From positions 85,721,111 to 85,785,110 of the forward strand of contig NC_068989.1 in NCBI RefSeq assembly GCF_001194135.2: 64,000 nt of DNA. Reading direction: 5' to 3'. Position numbers and translations under genes: made by a program. Below are positions 11,658 through 23,066 of the stretch, piece by piece (position 1 is the stretch's first letter; each line of letters begins with the position of its first letter). Origin of the DNA: Octopus bimaculoides. Lineage: Eukaryota. The notes beneath the pieces were generated by a model. The model saw only the letters and a program-made list of their open reading frames with translations, did no database searches and was not told the origin of the DNA.

Positions 11658-13700
11658 GTAGGATCCACTGTCTTAATAGTTATGTTGTTTTATCAGTTAT
11701 CTTTCCATCCTTGTCTTCAATCAGTTACCACTTCTCTTGTGTCCTATCTGACTCCCACTGGAGTCTATTTGTTATTCCAATACATATAATGTATGTACTC
11801 TTAGTTATCCCAATATTTTTGTGTTTTATCAGTTGTCCTAATACCTCTAACCCATTACAAAATAAACCTTTGGAAAGTCTTTAGACAAAATCTTGGTTAT
11901 GATATACGCCTGGTAATGTGATGTATATATTATACCTATAATGTACTGGTAATGGTAAAATTATTAATCAAATCCTTGTTTGCCTTTAGCCTTATCTCTT
12001 TTTATTTAATTTTTCTTTCATTTTGATGGAATAAGCCTCCTCTTTTTAACCAAAGATGTAATTTTTTGGTTCAACTGTGGAGCTTCATTTATTTTCTGTT
12101 TGATTGGCCATTTCAAAGTATCATGTCACGTGATCACATCATAGCATGCTTATTGGTCGATTTCAAACGTTGGTAATATTTTGTACTACATTGTTAGACA
12201 GGAAATTTAATTATAACAACATCCCAAACTTGGTAAACAGTCAGGTTTAGTAACTTAAGGACATTTTTCATTGATAATAACTTATGAATGGACTTAAGAA
12301 AATTGGTTGTACACTTCCATATAGTTGATTATGTTGATTGTTTTAGGAAATAGTACTTCAGTACTTTTAGCAGTGTCTTCATTTGAACTGATCTCTGATT
12401 TGGTTGCGTACTACTTCATTCACTCAGACATTACACTTTTATTCTCAGAATAATAAAAGAGTTATGAGTTCACTTCTTGTATATTCATTTTCCTGTAACA
12501 TGAGGGTACACCCTGAGATAAATTCATCCCCAATTTCTCTCTTTCTTAACTGGGTTAACCATGTATCATTTCTACAACAAGACAACCGTGCCTGTTTCTC
12601 TATCATACTTTAACCTCTTATCATCTGGCTACCTCCTTTGAAATTACATCCTTCAATCTAAGGATCTTGTCTTGTGAGTTACTTGGTGACCTCACTGGTG
12701 CTGGTCATCTGGTTCCTCTTGTCTCATGGAGACAGGTCACCTTAGTGGTTTCTGTGGTGCGTGAGTCTTTTTATGGAGTAGGAGTACTGGTCTGATGCCC
12801 AGCCTTCATCCTTTCTCAATCTGGCTACGTGGAATGCACCCAGCATCCTCCATGAAGTGGCTGGCATTAGGAATAGCGTCCAGCCATAGAAACCATACCA
12901 AAGGAGACATTGGTGCTTGATGCAGTCTTCTGGATTGCCAGCTGCAGTCCAGCCATCCAACTCATGCTCACTGGGAAAAACAGACATTAAATGTTGATGA
13001 TGATATTGTTTTATCCCAAGTTGCTCAAATCCATTGCATAAAAGCTCCCATTTTGGATTGGTGAAAATGGTTGTTGTTGGTATTGTTTAGCTTCAGGTTA
13101 TAGATGCTCAACACTAACAACACATCTAACTACACAATATCTGATTAAAGTTATTCCATCTGTGATCAGTCCATCTTTTGCATATCTAGGACTAGCATAA
13201 TCCAGTGTATCTTTTCTTTTTCTAAGACAGTAGGATGTAATTTGAGGGAATCTGGCTGCTATTTCTAACAGGGTTAGTGACTGTGTAGAAGCTTCTTTGT
13301 TGTCTTATATGTTGTGCTGTTGTAGGAGAGGTTATAGTTCAGTCAATTGATAATCTCAATGTATTACTGGTACTTCATTCCATGAACACCGGCAAAATGA
13401 AAGGTAGGCTTGATCAAGAATTCAGAATTGACAAATTAAAACTAAATATCATTTATTTATTCATGCATCTTGCCACTTCCTTGATCTCCAAACAAATCTT
13501 AGTTTAACTAAATTGGCTTTTGTTTTTGTAACTGTGCTCTTTTATGTCTTTATTTTTAACCACCACCACCACCACCTCCCTCTCACTAGCTCTTTCCCTC
13601 TATCTCTCTGTAACACTCACCCTCTATCTCATTCTCTATCTTTCTGACTCTCTCCCTCTATCTCTGATTCTCTTTCTCTCTTCCCTATCTGTCATTTCAG

Positions 13701-13801
13701 TGTACGCCATTGAAGCTAGCAACATGGTAGTTCAGACACAACTTGTCATCAAAGAGAATGGCATGGACTCAAAGATATCTGTGATAAAAGGAAAAGTGGA
13801 G
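13701..13801 (+). CDS. PRMT6: PRMT6-like exon, post-I motif (VYAIEASNMVVQTQLVIKENGMDSKISVIKGKVE)
   Basis: tttcag/gtaaga boundaries, 101 nt, ends in phase 0. Confidence 0.95.
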
Positions 13802-14151
13802 GTAAGACGCCAGGAGGCAATATTGTTGCTAGACAGGGTAGAGGCAGGGCACAATGTTGATAAATACAATAAAGAGAGCATTTGGGACAAGACACAGCAA
13901 TTAATTTAGATTACAGTGTTGCCTGCAAATTTAGAAACTTGAGGAGACATGAAATAAATCTTTTTTTTTAATCCTTTTTGTAATGGTAGAACTCAAAGTA
14001 AATAATACATGTAAATATTGGGTTAAAAAACCCTTTGGATGAAAAAGGTTGAAGGCTGCTCCTGGGACTTGAACCCACATCGTCTGTAAACATGACAAAC
14101 ATTCTACCATTGTACCAAAGCAATCCTTCAAATTTCTTCATCCACTTTATA

Positions 14152-14189
<38 letters not shown>

Positions 14190-14194
14190 GATAT

Positions 14195-14230
<36 letters not shown>

Positions 14231-14246
14231 TTACACACACACATAA

Positions 14247-14407
14247 GGCGCAGAAGTGGCTGTGTAGTAAGTAGCTTGCTAACCAACCACATGGTTCTCG
14301 GTTCAGTTCCACTGCATGGCACCTTGGGCAAGTGTCTCCTACTTATAGCCTTGGGCTGACCAAAGCCTTGTGAGTGGATTTGGTAGACGGAAACTGAAAG
14401 AAGCCCG

Positions 14408-14475
<68 letters not shown>

Positions 14476-14678
14476 GTTGTGTGTCTGTGTTTGTTACCCC
14501 ATCATTGCTTGACAACCAATGTTGGTGTGTTTACATCCCCCGTAACTTAGCAGTTCGGCAAAAGAGCCCAATAAAATAAATACTAGGTTTACAAAGGATA
14601 GATCCTGGGGTCGATTTGTTCGACTAAAGGCGGTGCTCCAGCATGGCCGCAGTCAAACGACTGAAGCAAATAGAAGAA

Positions 14679-14680
<2 letters not shown>
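14247..14680 (+). mobile_element. tRNA-derived SINE, family A, full length
   Basis: tRNA-like head (TGGCTGTGTAG...GGTTCAGTTCC), internal (AT)n tract, 3' end GGCGGTGCTCCAGCATGGCCGCAGTC...AGAAGAATA; many copies in the window. Confidence 0.85.
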
Positions 14681-14714
<34 letters not shown>

Positions 14715-15124
14715 AGTAGCAATGCACATAAACACAATTAGGCTTTACACACACACACACATGTGTCAAGCCCAATTGTGTTTACCTGTATTACTACCTC
14801 CATATCAGCTTGTTTTGGACTCATCTTATAGTCACTCTTGATGCTGTGGGCCTCATCCTGAATGAAGAATTCAGCATTTAAGTCAAGAGTCATTTGAGCA
14901 CTACTTGTTTTCTATACTGAGCACATCTAGCTCTCACTTATATGTGTGTGTGTGTGTGTGTGTGTGGTAAGATACTTGCTTCCCAGTCACAATGTTCTGG
15001 GTTCAGTCCCACTGTGTGGCACCTTGGGCAAGTGTCTTCTACTATAGCCTCAGGCTGACCAAAGCCTTGTGAGTGAATTTGATAGACGGAAACTGAAAGA
15101 AGCCCATCCTATATATATATATAT

Positions 15125-16099
15125 NNNNNNNNNNNNNNNNNNNNNNNNNNNNNNNNNNNNNNNNNNNNNNNNNNNNNNNNNNNNNNNNNNNNNNNNNNNN
15201 NNNNNNNNNNNNNNNNNNNNNNNNNNNNNNNNNNNNNNNNNNNNNNNNNNNNNNNNNNNNNNNNNNNNNNNNNNNNNNNNNNNNNNNNNNNNNNNNNNNN
15301 NNNNNNNNNNNNNNNNNNNNNNNNNNNNNNNNNNNNNNNNNNNNNNNNNNNNNNNNNNNNNNNNNNNNNNNNNNNNNNNNNNNNNNNNNNNNNNNNNNNN
15401 NNNNNNNNNNNNNNNNNNNNNNNNNNNNNNNNNNNNNNNNNNNNNNNNNNNNNNNNNNNNNNNNNNNNNNNNNNNNNNNNNNNNNNNNNNNNNNNNNNNN
15501 NNNNNNNNNNNNNNNNNNNNNNNNNNNNNNNNNNNNNNNNNNNNNNNNNNNNNNNNNNNNNNNNNNNNNNNNNNNNNNNNNNNNNNNNNNNNNNNNNNNN
15601 NNNNNNNNNNNNNNNNNNNNNNNNNNNNNNNNNNNNNNNNNNNNNNNNNNNNNNNNNNNNNNNNNNNNNNNNNNNNNNNNNNNNNNNNNNNNNNNNNNNN
15701 NNNNNNNNNNNNNNNNNNNNNNNNNNNNNNNNNNNNNNNNNNNNNNNNNNNNNNNNNNNNNNNNNNNNNNNNNNNNNNNNNNNNNNNNNNNNNNNNNNNN
15801 NNNNNNNNNNNNNNNNNNNNNNNNNNNNNNNNNNNNNNNNNNNNNNNNNNNNNNNNNNNNNNNNNNNNNNNNNNNNNNNNNNNNNNNNNNNNNNNNNNNN
15901 NNNNNNNNNNNNNNNNNNNNNNNNNNNNNNNNNNNNNNNNNNNNNNNNNNNNNNNNNNNNNNNNNNNNNNNNNNNNNNNNNNNNNNNNNNNNNNNNNNNN
16001 NNNNNNNNNNNNNNNNNNNNNNNNNNNNNNNNNNNNNNNNNNNNNNNNNNNNNNNNNNNNNNNNNNNNNNNNNNNNNNNNNNNNNNNNNNNNNNNNNNN
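15125..16099. other. Assembly gap predicted to contain a PRMT6 exon
   Basis: N run between two phase-0 PRMT6 exon boundaries; the motif II / SEWM segment is absent from the sequenced part of this interval. Confidence 0.75.
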
Positions 16100-16292
16100 G
16101 AGCTTGGCTGTTGCCAGTACCGCCGGATTGGCCCTCGTGCAATATCTTTTCTCTGCTTTCATTTATTGACATCGCCTCCATACTTTGGGTAACTCCTCAC
16201 TGGTATTGCTCAAAAATTTTCACAAACCTCTCATTTACACGTATTGCAATGCTTCAAACAAATTACAACATTCTCTTTTTTTGTGTTTTCAG

Positions 16293-16361
16293 GGTTACTG
16301 CTTGTTGTATGAATCTATGCTGAAGTCTGTTATTCATGCACGTGATACATGGCTCAAATCG
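16293..16361 (+). CDS. PRMT6: PRMT6-like exon, second half of double-E loop (GYCLLYESMLKSVIHARDTWLKS)
   Basis: tttcag/gtaagt boundaries, 69 nt, phase 0 at both ends. Confidence 0.95.
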
Positions 16362-16918
16362 GTAAGTAGGCACTAAACCTCCTTCTCCATTGTTTCTCTT
16401 CTTCGTCTGTTCTTCTCTCACTCTCATCTTTCTTCACTCACTTCTATTTCCCTTCCTTTCCTCCACTCTACTCTCTTGTAGTCAAAACCAAAATCCTGCC
16501 ACCATCACCACCATCATTAACACCACTACCACCACCTGTGCCATCTCTACCACCAATAATCACCTGTACCACCCACAAATTCTTCTACCATTAGAACCAC
16601 TACTAGCAACACCACCTACAATCACCACAACCAGTCACAATGTCACCACCACATTAACTAATAATCCCCTCTCACTACAACCACAACAATCATCACCATT
16701 GATTGTCATCACACACAACACCAGTACCACACATTACACCAGTACCACACAACATCTATACCGCACACACCAGTGCCACTTGTAATGCCAGTACCACACA
16801 CAACATATCCCACTACAATCACTATTACCATCATGACACAATTACCAATTACTCCCACTACCAGTACCACCACCAACGACCACCACCATTGACATATTAA
16901 AATATTCTTCTATTTCAG

Positions 16919-16989
16919 AATGGTTATTTATTTCCGTCTACTGCTACCCTTTATATTGCCCCTTTTGTAGATGAAGATTATGAAGATAG
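16919..16989 (+). CDS. PRMT6: PRMT6-like exon (NGYLFPSTATLYIAPFVDEDYED-R)
   Basis: tttcag/gtaagt boundaries, 71 nt; G..P..A.L.IAP pattern. Confidence 0.93.
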
Positions 16990-17781
16990 GTAAGTCCTTA
17001 ACTGACTTCTTAAATCTCAACTGTTTCTCTTTTATTTCAGCTTCTGTCTCATACTTCTTCATGGCTTCCTTCTGTTTTCTACTGTTACATTTTTTAAAAT
17101 TTTCTTTCTTTTTTTTTTCCAATCTCTTATCCTTCTCTTCTTCATAATCTGTTACTGTGTTCTTTCATTTCTTGTTTTCTGATGTCTTTATTCAGTCAGG
17201 CAAGCTGAAACAAACAGTTATGTTCCTTACTCAATGACATCACAATATCAGTCATAAAACTTGAACCTAAAACTCTGTGGACAGTAGTTCAGCTCCTCAT
17301 TCCTGCAGCAGCCTTCAAGCTACCTCTTGCTTTTATACTTTAAATAAAATATATAATCTATCTAATATATTCAGTTGAAAAACTTTGAATAACTGAGACT
17401 TATTCATGAAATTACAATACAAAAGCTCTATGGGTGTTTAAAATCTGAAACATTAAACAAGGAAGATAACTTCAATAAGGTCAGCCAATTGAAATTTTTG
17501 AAAGAAAAAGCATGAGTGCAGGTATGGCTGTGTGGTTGAGAAGATTGCTTTTTAATTCTACTATAGAAACCAAAGGTGCTACATAGTGGTACCGAATCTG
17601 GAACCATGTGGTTGGGAAGCAAACTTCATACCACACAGCCATGCCTGCACCTATATGGTTGACTGTGTTGGTATCTTGTGTGTGACATTGTTGCTATATT
17701 GAAGGAGACAACTGTGTTGATATCTTGTCTGTGATGTTGACATGTTGTACTGTATGGTGAAAAGTGTGTTTTTATTTGCAG

Positions 17782-17864
17782 GCTTGGTCTTTGGGAAGAT
17801 ATGGCCAGTCGATACAAAGTTGCTATGAAAAGCATGATCCCATTTGCCAAGAAATGTATTTCAG
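17782..17864 (+). CDS. PRMT6: PRMT6-like exon, dimerisation arm region (LGLWEDMASRYKVAMKSMIPFAKKCIS)
   Basis: ttgcag/gttggt boundaries, 83 nt, phases fit both neighbours. Confidence 0.88.
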
Positions 17865-17890
17865 GTTGGTAATTTCTATTACTTCATTAA

Positions 17891-18102
17891 CTCTTTAGTG
17901 TTTAAACCAGTTATATCTGGCCCAAATATTCTGTGTTATGTTCTAGTCAGCCAGATCAGGCCTTACACTTATACTACAATGTCATTCTAAAAATAAACAG
18001 ACATTATTGTGATCTCAAAGCTACCATATAATGCAAGATTAATTGCAAAACAATGTGGATAAATAATATTACTTTTGACAGAGTAATCTGAATGCCAAAA
18101 GA
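17891..18102 (-). mobile_element. TTAA-flanked MITE, family 2 (reverse orientation)
   Basis: TTAA at 17887-17890 and 18103-18106; homologous to 7864-8083. Confidence 0.75.
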
Positions 18103-18567
18103 TTAAATCTACAGACATTGTTATAGGAAAGTTGTGTTTATGGTACTAAGTGCATGTGTTTGTGTGTGTGCATGCGCACATGTCTATACATGTGTGTGTA
18201 GGTGGGTGGGTGCATATATGTATGCATGAGAGTATATGCCTCTACATTAACTGTATAAATGTATTTTGCAAGATCTGTAGAGTTACCTCTTCACTCCTCA
18301 ACATAGGACCACAATTATTATTTTTTTTAATTCTTCATATTTTTCTAAATCAGTATTATATTTATCTCTCTTTCCTTCCTTACCTCCATCTTTCTCTCCT
18401 TACTTCCTCCTGTGCTTCACTTTCCATCTCTTTTCTTACTTCCAGCTGTGCTTAACACAACCCCTAACTCAAGCAGTATATATATATATTCATATATGTT
18501 TATGTATATAAATGTGTGTGTATATATACACACAAACACACTTTGTACTGTCTTAATCTATTTTCAG

Positions 18568-18787
18568 CTAATGTCGAACTGAAACAGCTGATGATGGAAG
18601 ACATAGTTGCCCCACCAGTTCAAGTTTGTTCCTTGGCTATCCACCAAGTGACGCTACACGACATAGAAAACATTCAACAGAGTTTTGAGTTTAAATGCTA
18701 TGGCTGGAATCGTGTTCACGGTTTCAGTTTGTGGTTTGACGTTGAATTCCCAGGAAACATAATACTCTCAACGTCACCATTCACAGA
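18568..18787 (+). CDS. PRMT6: PRMT6-like exon, beta-barrel (…FKCYGWNRVHGFSLWFDVEFPGNIILSTSPFT)
   Basis: tttcag/gtaagc boundaries, 220 nt; CYG..HGF..WF.V.FPG..LSTSPF is typical of PRMT6. Confidence 0.95.
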
Positions 18788-19534
18788 GTAAGCGCACAAA
18801 AGATTTTTCTGCTCTTTCTTGTTGTTGATTATTTCAATTTTCTCTCATTTGGTTTCTCAATTAGCAAAAGCAACGTCTGATATTGCAATACAAACCTCTT
18901 AGAATCCTGATTTCTGGTTCATCATCATCATTGTTTTAACATTCGCTTTTCCATGCTTACATGGGTTGGACAGATTTTCTACGGCCAGATCCCCTTCCTG
19001 TCACCAACCCTCATCTGCTTCCAACCAAGCTAATATTTCTCCACACCCAGTCATATTTTTCACAAGATATTGGAAACGAAGGACAATTGCTTGCAACTAT
19101 CACACAATGTCAAAACAGGGAGGCAATAACACACACACGCACACATATATACACATAGCTGCATATGTATATGTATGTATGTATATATATTGTGTATACA
19201 AATTGATGTAGGTCTGCTACTATCATTTTCCATGCTCCACATAAATTTTCATGTTTCACTCTGCTTTCAGTATAGTAACTACTATACTAAATAGTATTAC
19301 TAGTTATGAAATACAGAGAAAATGTAGGAGAATTAAAATAAACATGAGTTTATATTATTATTAGTTCCATATACATTGCACCATTGCGGTCGCTTGAAAC
19401 CCTGAACTGGATGTTCCAAGTGCATTTGGATGCTTCATCAGAACAGCTTAACCACCTGTCCTAGACTTTATACACCTTGTTAGATACTATTCTCAGTATA
19501 AGTTCCAGCAATACATGTTATGGAATGATACTAA

Positions 19535-20031
19535 CACATGTTTTTACACAACACTGGTTGGTATGGAATGTTCTCTATGTCCATTCACAGACCTGTGTCT
19601 CTTGATTACTTTGTCGCATTAACACATTGGCCCCAGAATGTACTTGTATGTCAACAACCCTCTATCTCTGTCACATTAATACACTGTATTAATACCCTAT
19701 AATATACTGTATATCACCAAACCTCACCCAACAACAACCCTCTTTCATCAATCCTGCTAGCATTGTTCTTATATAACCAATAGAAGAAGAAACCATCAAT
19801 CTCCTTATTTCACTCTGTCCCACACAAATACCAGAAGTTGATAAACCTCCCCACAAACAAACAAACCAGTATAATTATGTGTCTACCTCTCAGAAAATTA
19901 AACTAACCAAAATCATAGAACCAGAAACAGGAGCCTCCTATTTTTGTGTCTGTGGTTTTGTGACATTAACACACTAGTTCTAAGATGTACTGTATGTTCT
20001 CAAACTTGTCTGTCTTAACTATCTTTGTCAG
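19535..20031 (+). repeat. Degenerate intronic copies of the THW-exon acceptor and 5' end
   Basis: Copies of ATTAACACACTGG...TGTATGT start at 19618, 19675 and 19965, with a weaker one near 19545; the real exon starts at 20032. Confidence 0.75.
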
Positions 20032-20139
20032 ATTAACACACTGGTCCCAGGTTGTGCTGTATGTCCACGAACCATTCCAAACTGTACAGGATACAACAAT
20101 CAAAGGCAAAATCAAATTGGAAAAGGGCAAACAACCAAG
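20032..20139 (+). CDS. PRMT6: PRMT6-like exon with THW loop (LTHWSQVVLYVHEPFQTVQDTTIKGKIKLEKGKQP-R)
   Basis: tgtcag/gtaaca boundaries, 108 nt; THW motif intact. Confidence 0.95.
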
Positions 20140-20870
20140 GTAACAGCAATTGTGTATTATGTTGTGTGTGTGTTGTGTTGTTCACATACCATATATGTCA
20201 TCATCATCATCATCATTTCACTGTTCACTTTTCCATGCCAGAATAGCTTAGACAAAACCTATTGAATTAATTTTAATAATGGTTAGATGTTCTTCCTGCC
20301 TCCAACTTTCTTTTGCTTTCTAAGAAAGATACTATATCCTTTAATCCTACTAACAACTCAAAGGCTGGACATGTTTCCAAATACACCATCAATATGTGCA
20401 TGTGTGTGTGTTGAGGGTGCCACAGCATTGCAAATGTCAAGACAGTTGGGAGACAAAAATGTGCTCACACACACACACACACACACACACGTGTGTGTAT
20501 ATGTAAGTATTTTGCCTTCCTACAGTTTTTATCTACCAATTCTACTCACAAGACATTGATGAGTAGAAGACACTTCAATACCTGGAATGGAAATGAACCT
20601 GAAACCTTATAATTTCAAAACAAATATCTTAACCACACAGCCATGCTAACACCTTATTCATTATTATTATTATTGTTATTGTTGTTGTTGTAGCATTTCA
20701 TCTGTCTTTACATTCTGAGCTCAAATGATGCTGAGGTGGACTTTACCTTGTATCCTTTTGGGGTTGATAAAACAAGTATCAGTTAAGCACTGGGGATGAT
20801 GTAATTGACTTCTCCCCTCCCCACAAATTTAGACCTTGCTTATCATAAAAAGGATTATTATTATTAGCAA

Positions 20871-21180
20871 GGTGGTGAGCTGGCAGAATCATTAGCACAC
20901 TGGTTGATGCCAGTGCCAGTGCCAGTGCCCTCTGATTGGCTCCCATGCTGGTGGCACATAAAAAGTACCCACTACACTCTCGGAGTGGTTGGNNNNNNNN
21001 NNCATAAAAAGTACCCACTACACTCTCGGAGTGGTTGGCATTGGGAAGGGCATCCAGTTGTAGAAACCTTGCCAGATCAGATTGGAACCCAGTGCAGCTT
21101 CCTGGTTTGCCAGTCCTCAGTCACACTGTCCAACCCATGCCAGCATGGAAAGTGGACATTAAATGATGATGAGGATGACG
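20871..21180 (+). mobile_element. SINE with (GAT)n tail (family C)
   Basis: GTGGTTGGCATTGGGAAGGGCATCCAG...CCAACCCATGCCAGCATGGAAAGTGGACATTAAATGATGAT, a tail repeated many times in the window. Confidence 0.75.
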
Positions 21181-21230
21181 ACTGGTCAAAATGCTTAGTG
21201 ATGGCTTTTCCATCAAGGGTTTGATAAAAT

Positions 21231-21505
21231 CATCATCATCATCATCATCATTGTTTAACGCCCATCTTCCATGCATGTATGGGTAGGATGGTCACAGGAG
21301 CTGGCCAGGTAGAAAAACGACCCTATGCTACTGTTTTGGCAGAGTTTTTATGACTGGCTGCACTTCCTAACACCAACCACTCTGCAGAGTGGACTCCGTG
21401 CATTTTACATGGTACTAGCACAGGAGAGGATAGTTTTGGCATGATTTTTAGAGCTGGATGTCCTTCCAAATGCCAACCGCTTTTCAATGTCGACTGAACG
21501 CTTTT
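21231..21505 (-). mobile_element. SINE family C, reverse orientation
   Basis: (CAT)n then TTTAACGCCCATCTTCCATGC...CTTCCTAACACCAACCAC, the reverse complement of the family C tail. Confidence 0.7.
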
Positions 21506-21606
21506 TAATTACTAACCTCCCCCCCCCCCCCCACACAACTGTTGGCTTTGTGCCGAAATTTGAAGCATCTATTATTGTTATAACATTGCTGTTGTATTTG
21601 TTGCAG

Positions 21607-21721
21607 GGACTTGGCTATACAACTGAAGTATGCAGTTGATGACAGTGAGATGAAGGAGCAACTTTACGATACTGGCTACTGGACCACTGGAATATCAGCT
21701 GTCATTTCACCAGACAGATAA
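21607..21721 (+). CDS. PRMT6: PRMT6-like terminal exon (DLAIQLKYAVDDSEMKEQLYDTGYWTTGISAVISPDR*)
   Basis: ttgcag acceptor, phase matches the previous exon, TAA at 21719-21721; L...Y.V.D.E resembles the PRMT6 C-terminus. Confidence 0.85.
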
Positions 21722-22481
21722 CTTGCTCCAAAAATGTTTGCGTGTATGTGTGTGTGTATTCTAGTATTATCATTATTCATTAACATTATTATAATGGCAG
21801 TGAGCTGGCAGAATCATTAGCACGCCAGACAAAATACTTAGTGGCATTTTTTCCAGCTCTTTACATTCTGAGTTCAAATTCCACTGAGGTCCACTTTGCC
21901 TTTCACCCTTTCAAGCTTGATAAAATAAGTACCAGTTGAGCCCTGGGGTCGATATAATCGACTAGGCCCCTATCCCAAAATTTCAGGCCCTCTACCTAAA
22001 ATTAAAAGAATTATTATACAGTGAAATTCAAGAGTCTATATAAGTTTATATATCACAGGGAAAGTGGACATTTGACATTTTGGAGCCTGACCCTCTATCT
22101 CAGATAAACCAAATTGTTTCGAAATCCCTTTTTTCTCAGATGAAGTATCAGTCCCCAAAATGTCACATTCCTACCCTTTTTGCTCCTTCTCCACAAACTT
22201 ACCCCAGACTCGTGAATTTTCCAAATATGAAATTGGCCAGTGCAGAATACCACCATTTTCCCTCAGGCTCTACAACTACTGCTGCTGCTACAACAGTGGT
22301 AGGTTAGCAGAACCATTGTAGCATCATAAGAAAAATGCCTTACGGTAATTTCCTCTGTCTCTTTACATTCTGAGTTCAAATCCCACTATGCTCAACTCTG
22401 CTTTTCATTCTTTCACGGTTGGTAAAATAAGGCACCAGTCAAGTACTGGGGTCAATTTTATTGACTGTTCCCTCTTACAAA

Positions 22482-22517
<36 letters not shown>

Positions 22518-22823
22518 GAAAGCAGCAAATGGCTGGCTTGTTAGAGCACCAGAGTGTGTGTCAGTTTGATCAGCTACACCTTGCTCCCCTCCAATAAATC
22601 ATTCGTTATTATCGAGGCCTGTGCCTATGGTAGAAATCACTGGATTGGCAGAATCGGTAGAGCATCGGATGAACTGCCTTGTGGTATTTAGCTGCATCCC
22701 TTTACATTCTGAGTTTAAATTCTGCTGAGGTTGATAGCATAAGTGCCATCATGTACAAGGTTGATTAAATCAGCTATACTCTGAACTCTTAATTTCGAAT
22801 CTTGTGCCTCTGTTACAAATCAA

Positions 22824-22859
<36 letters not shown>

Positions 22860-23000
22860 GTTGAGGAAAACAGTTGTTTGATTTTTTTTGTGTGTGCAAG
22901 ACTCACACCTATGCTCCACTCCATTCCACCCTCGCCTCTTACCGCTCTAATTCTGCAGGATTTCTATTTATGATTTTTATGCTTTACTGTATATGATTTT

Positions 23001-23066
23001 TTAAAATTTATTTTAATTACTAGCATTCTTAATTTAAAATTTATTTTAATTACTAGCATTCTTAAT
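23001..23066. repeat. Perfect 33-bp tandem duplication
   Basis: TTAAAATTTATTTTAATTACTAGCATTCTTAAT occurs twice in tandem. Confidence 0.9.

Noticed and set aside
11532-11884. Many short ORFs rich in CV, YI, HT, RE or SL repeats
   Set aside because: Translations of (GT)n, (AT)n and (GA)n microsatellites and SINEs; only the embedded 42-nt PRMT6 exon is real.
10980-12640. Similar ~110-bp segments at ~11000-11110 and ~12520-12640 flanking a PRMT6 exon
   Set aside because: Both lead into the same SINE-type sequence, so they are probably parts of a dispersed repeat rather than an exon-flanking duplication.
14055-14121. tRNA-like sequence on the minus strand (A-box TGGTACAATGG, B-box GGTTCAAGTCC)
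   Set aside because: No convincing acceptor stem or cloverleaf; best explained as a decayed SINE head, not a tRNA gene.
15042-16181. Long ORFs spanning N runs (also 9598, 31060-32073, 40401-41106, 49583-50008, 57575-58486)
   Set aside because: They are open only because N codons contain no stops.
20957-21038. 36-bp direct duplication
   Set aside because: Identical copies either side of a 10-N gap; assembly artefact.
7125-21721. Assignment as PRMT1, PRMT2 or CARM1
   Set aside because: DQLYF, HEEM, GAGTGILSIFC, LLYESML.SV.HAR, CYG..HGF and LSTSPF fit PRMT6 better; no SH3 exon was seen.
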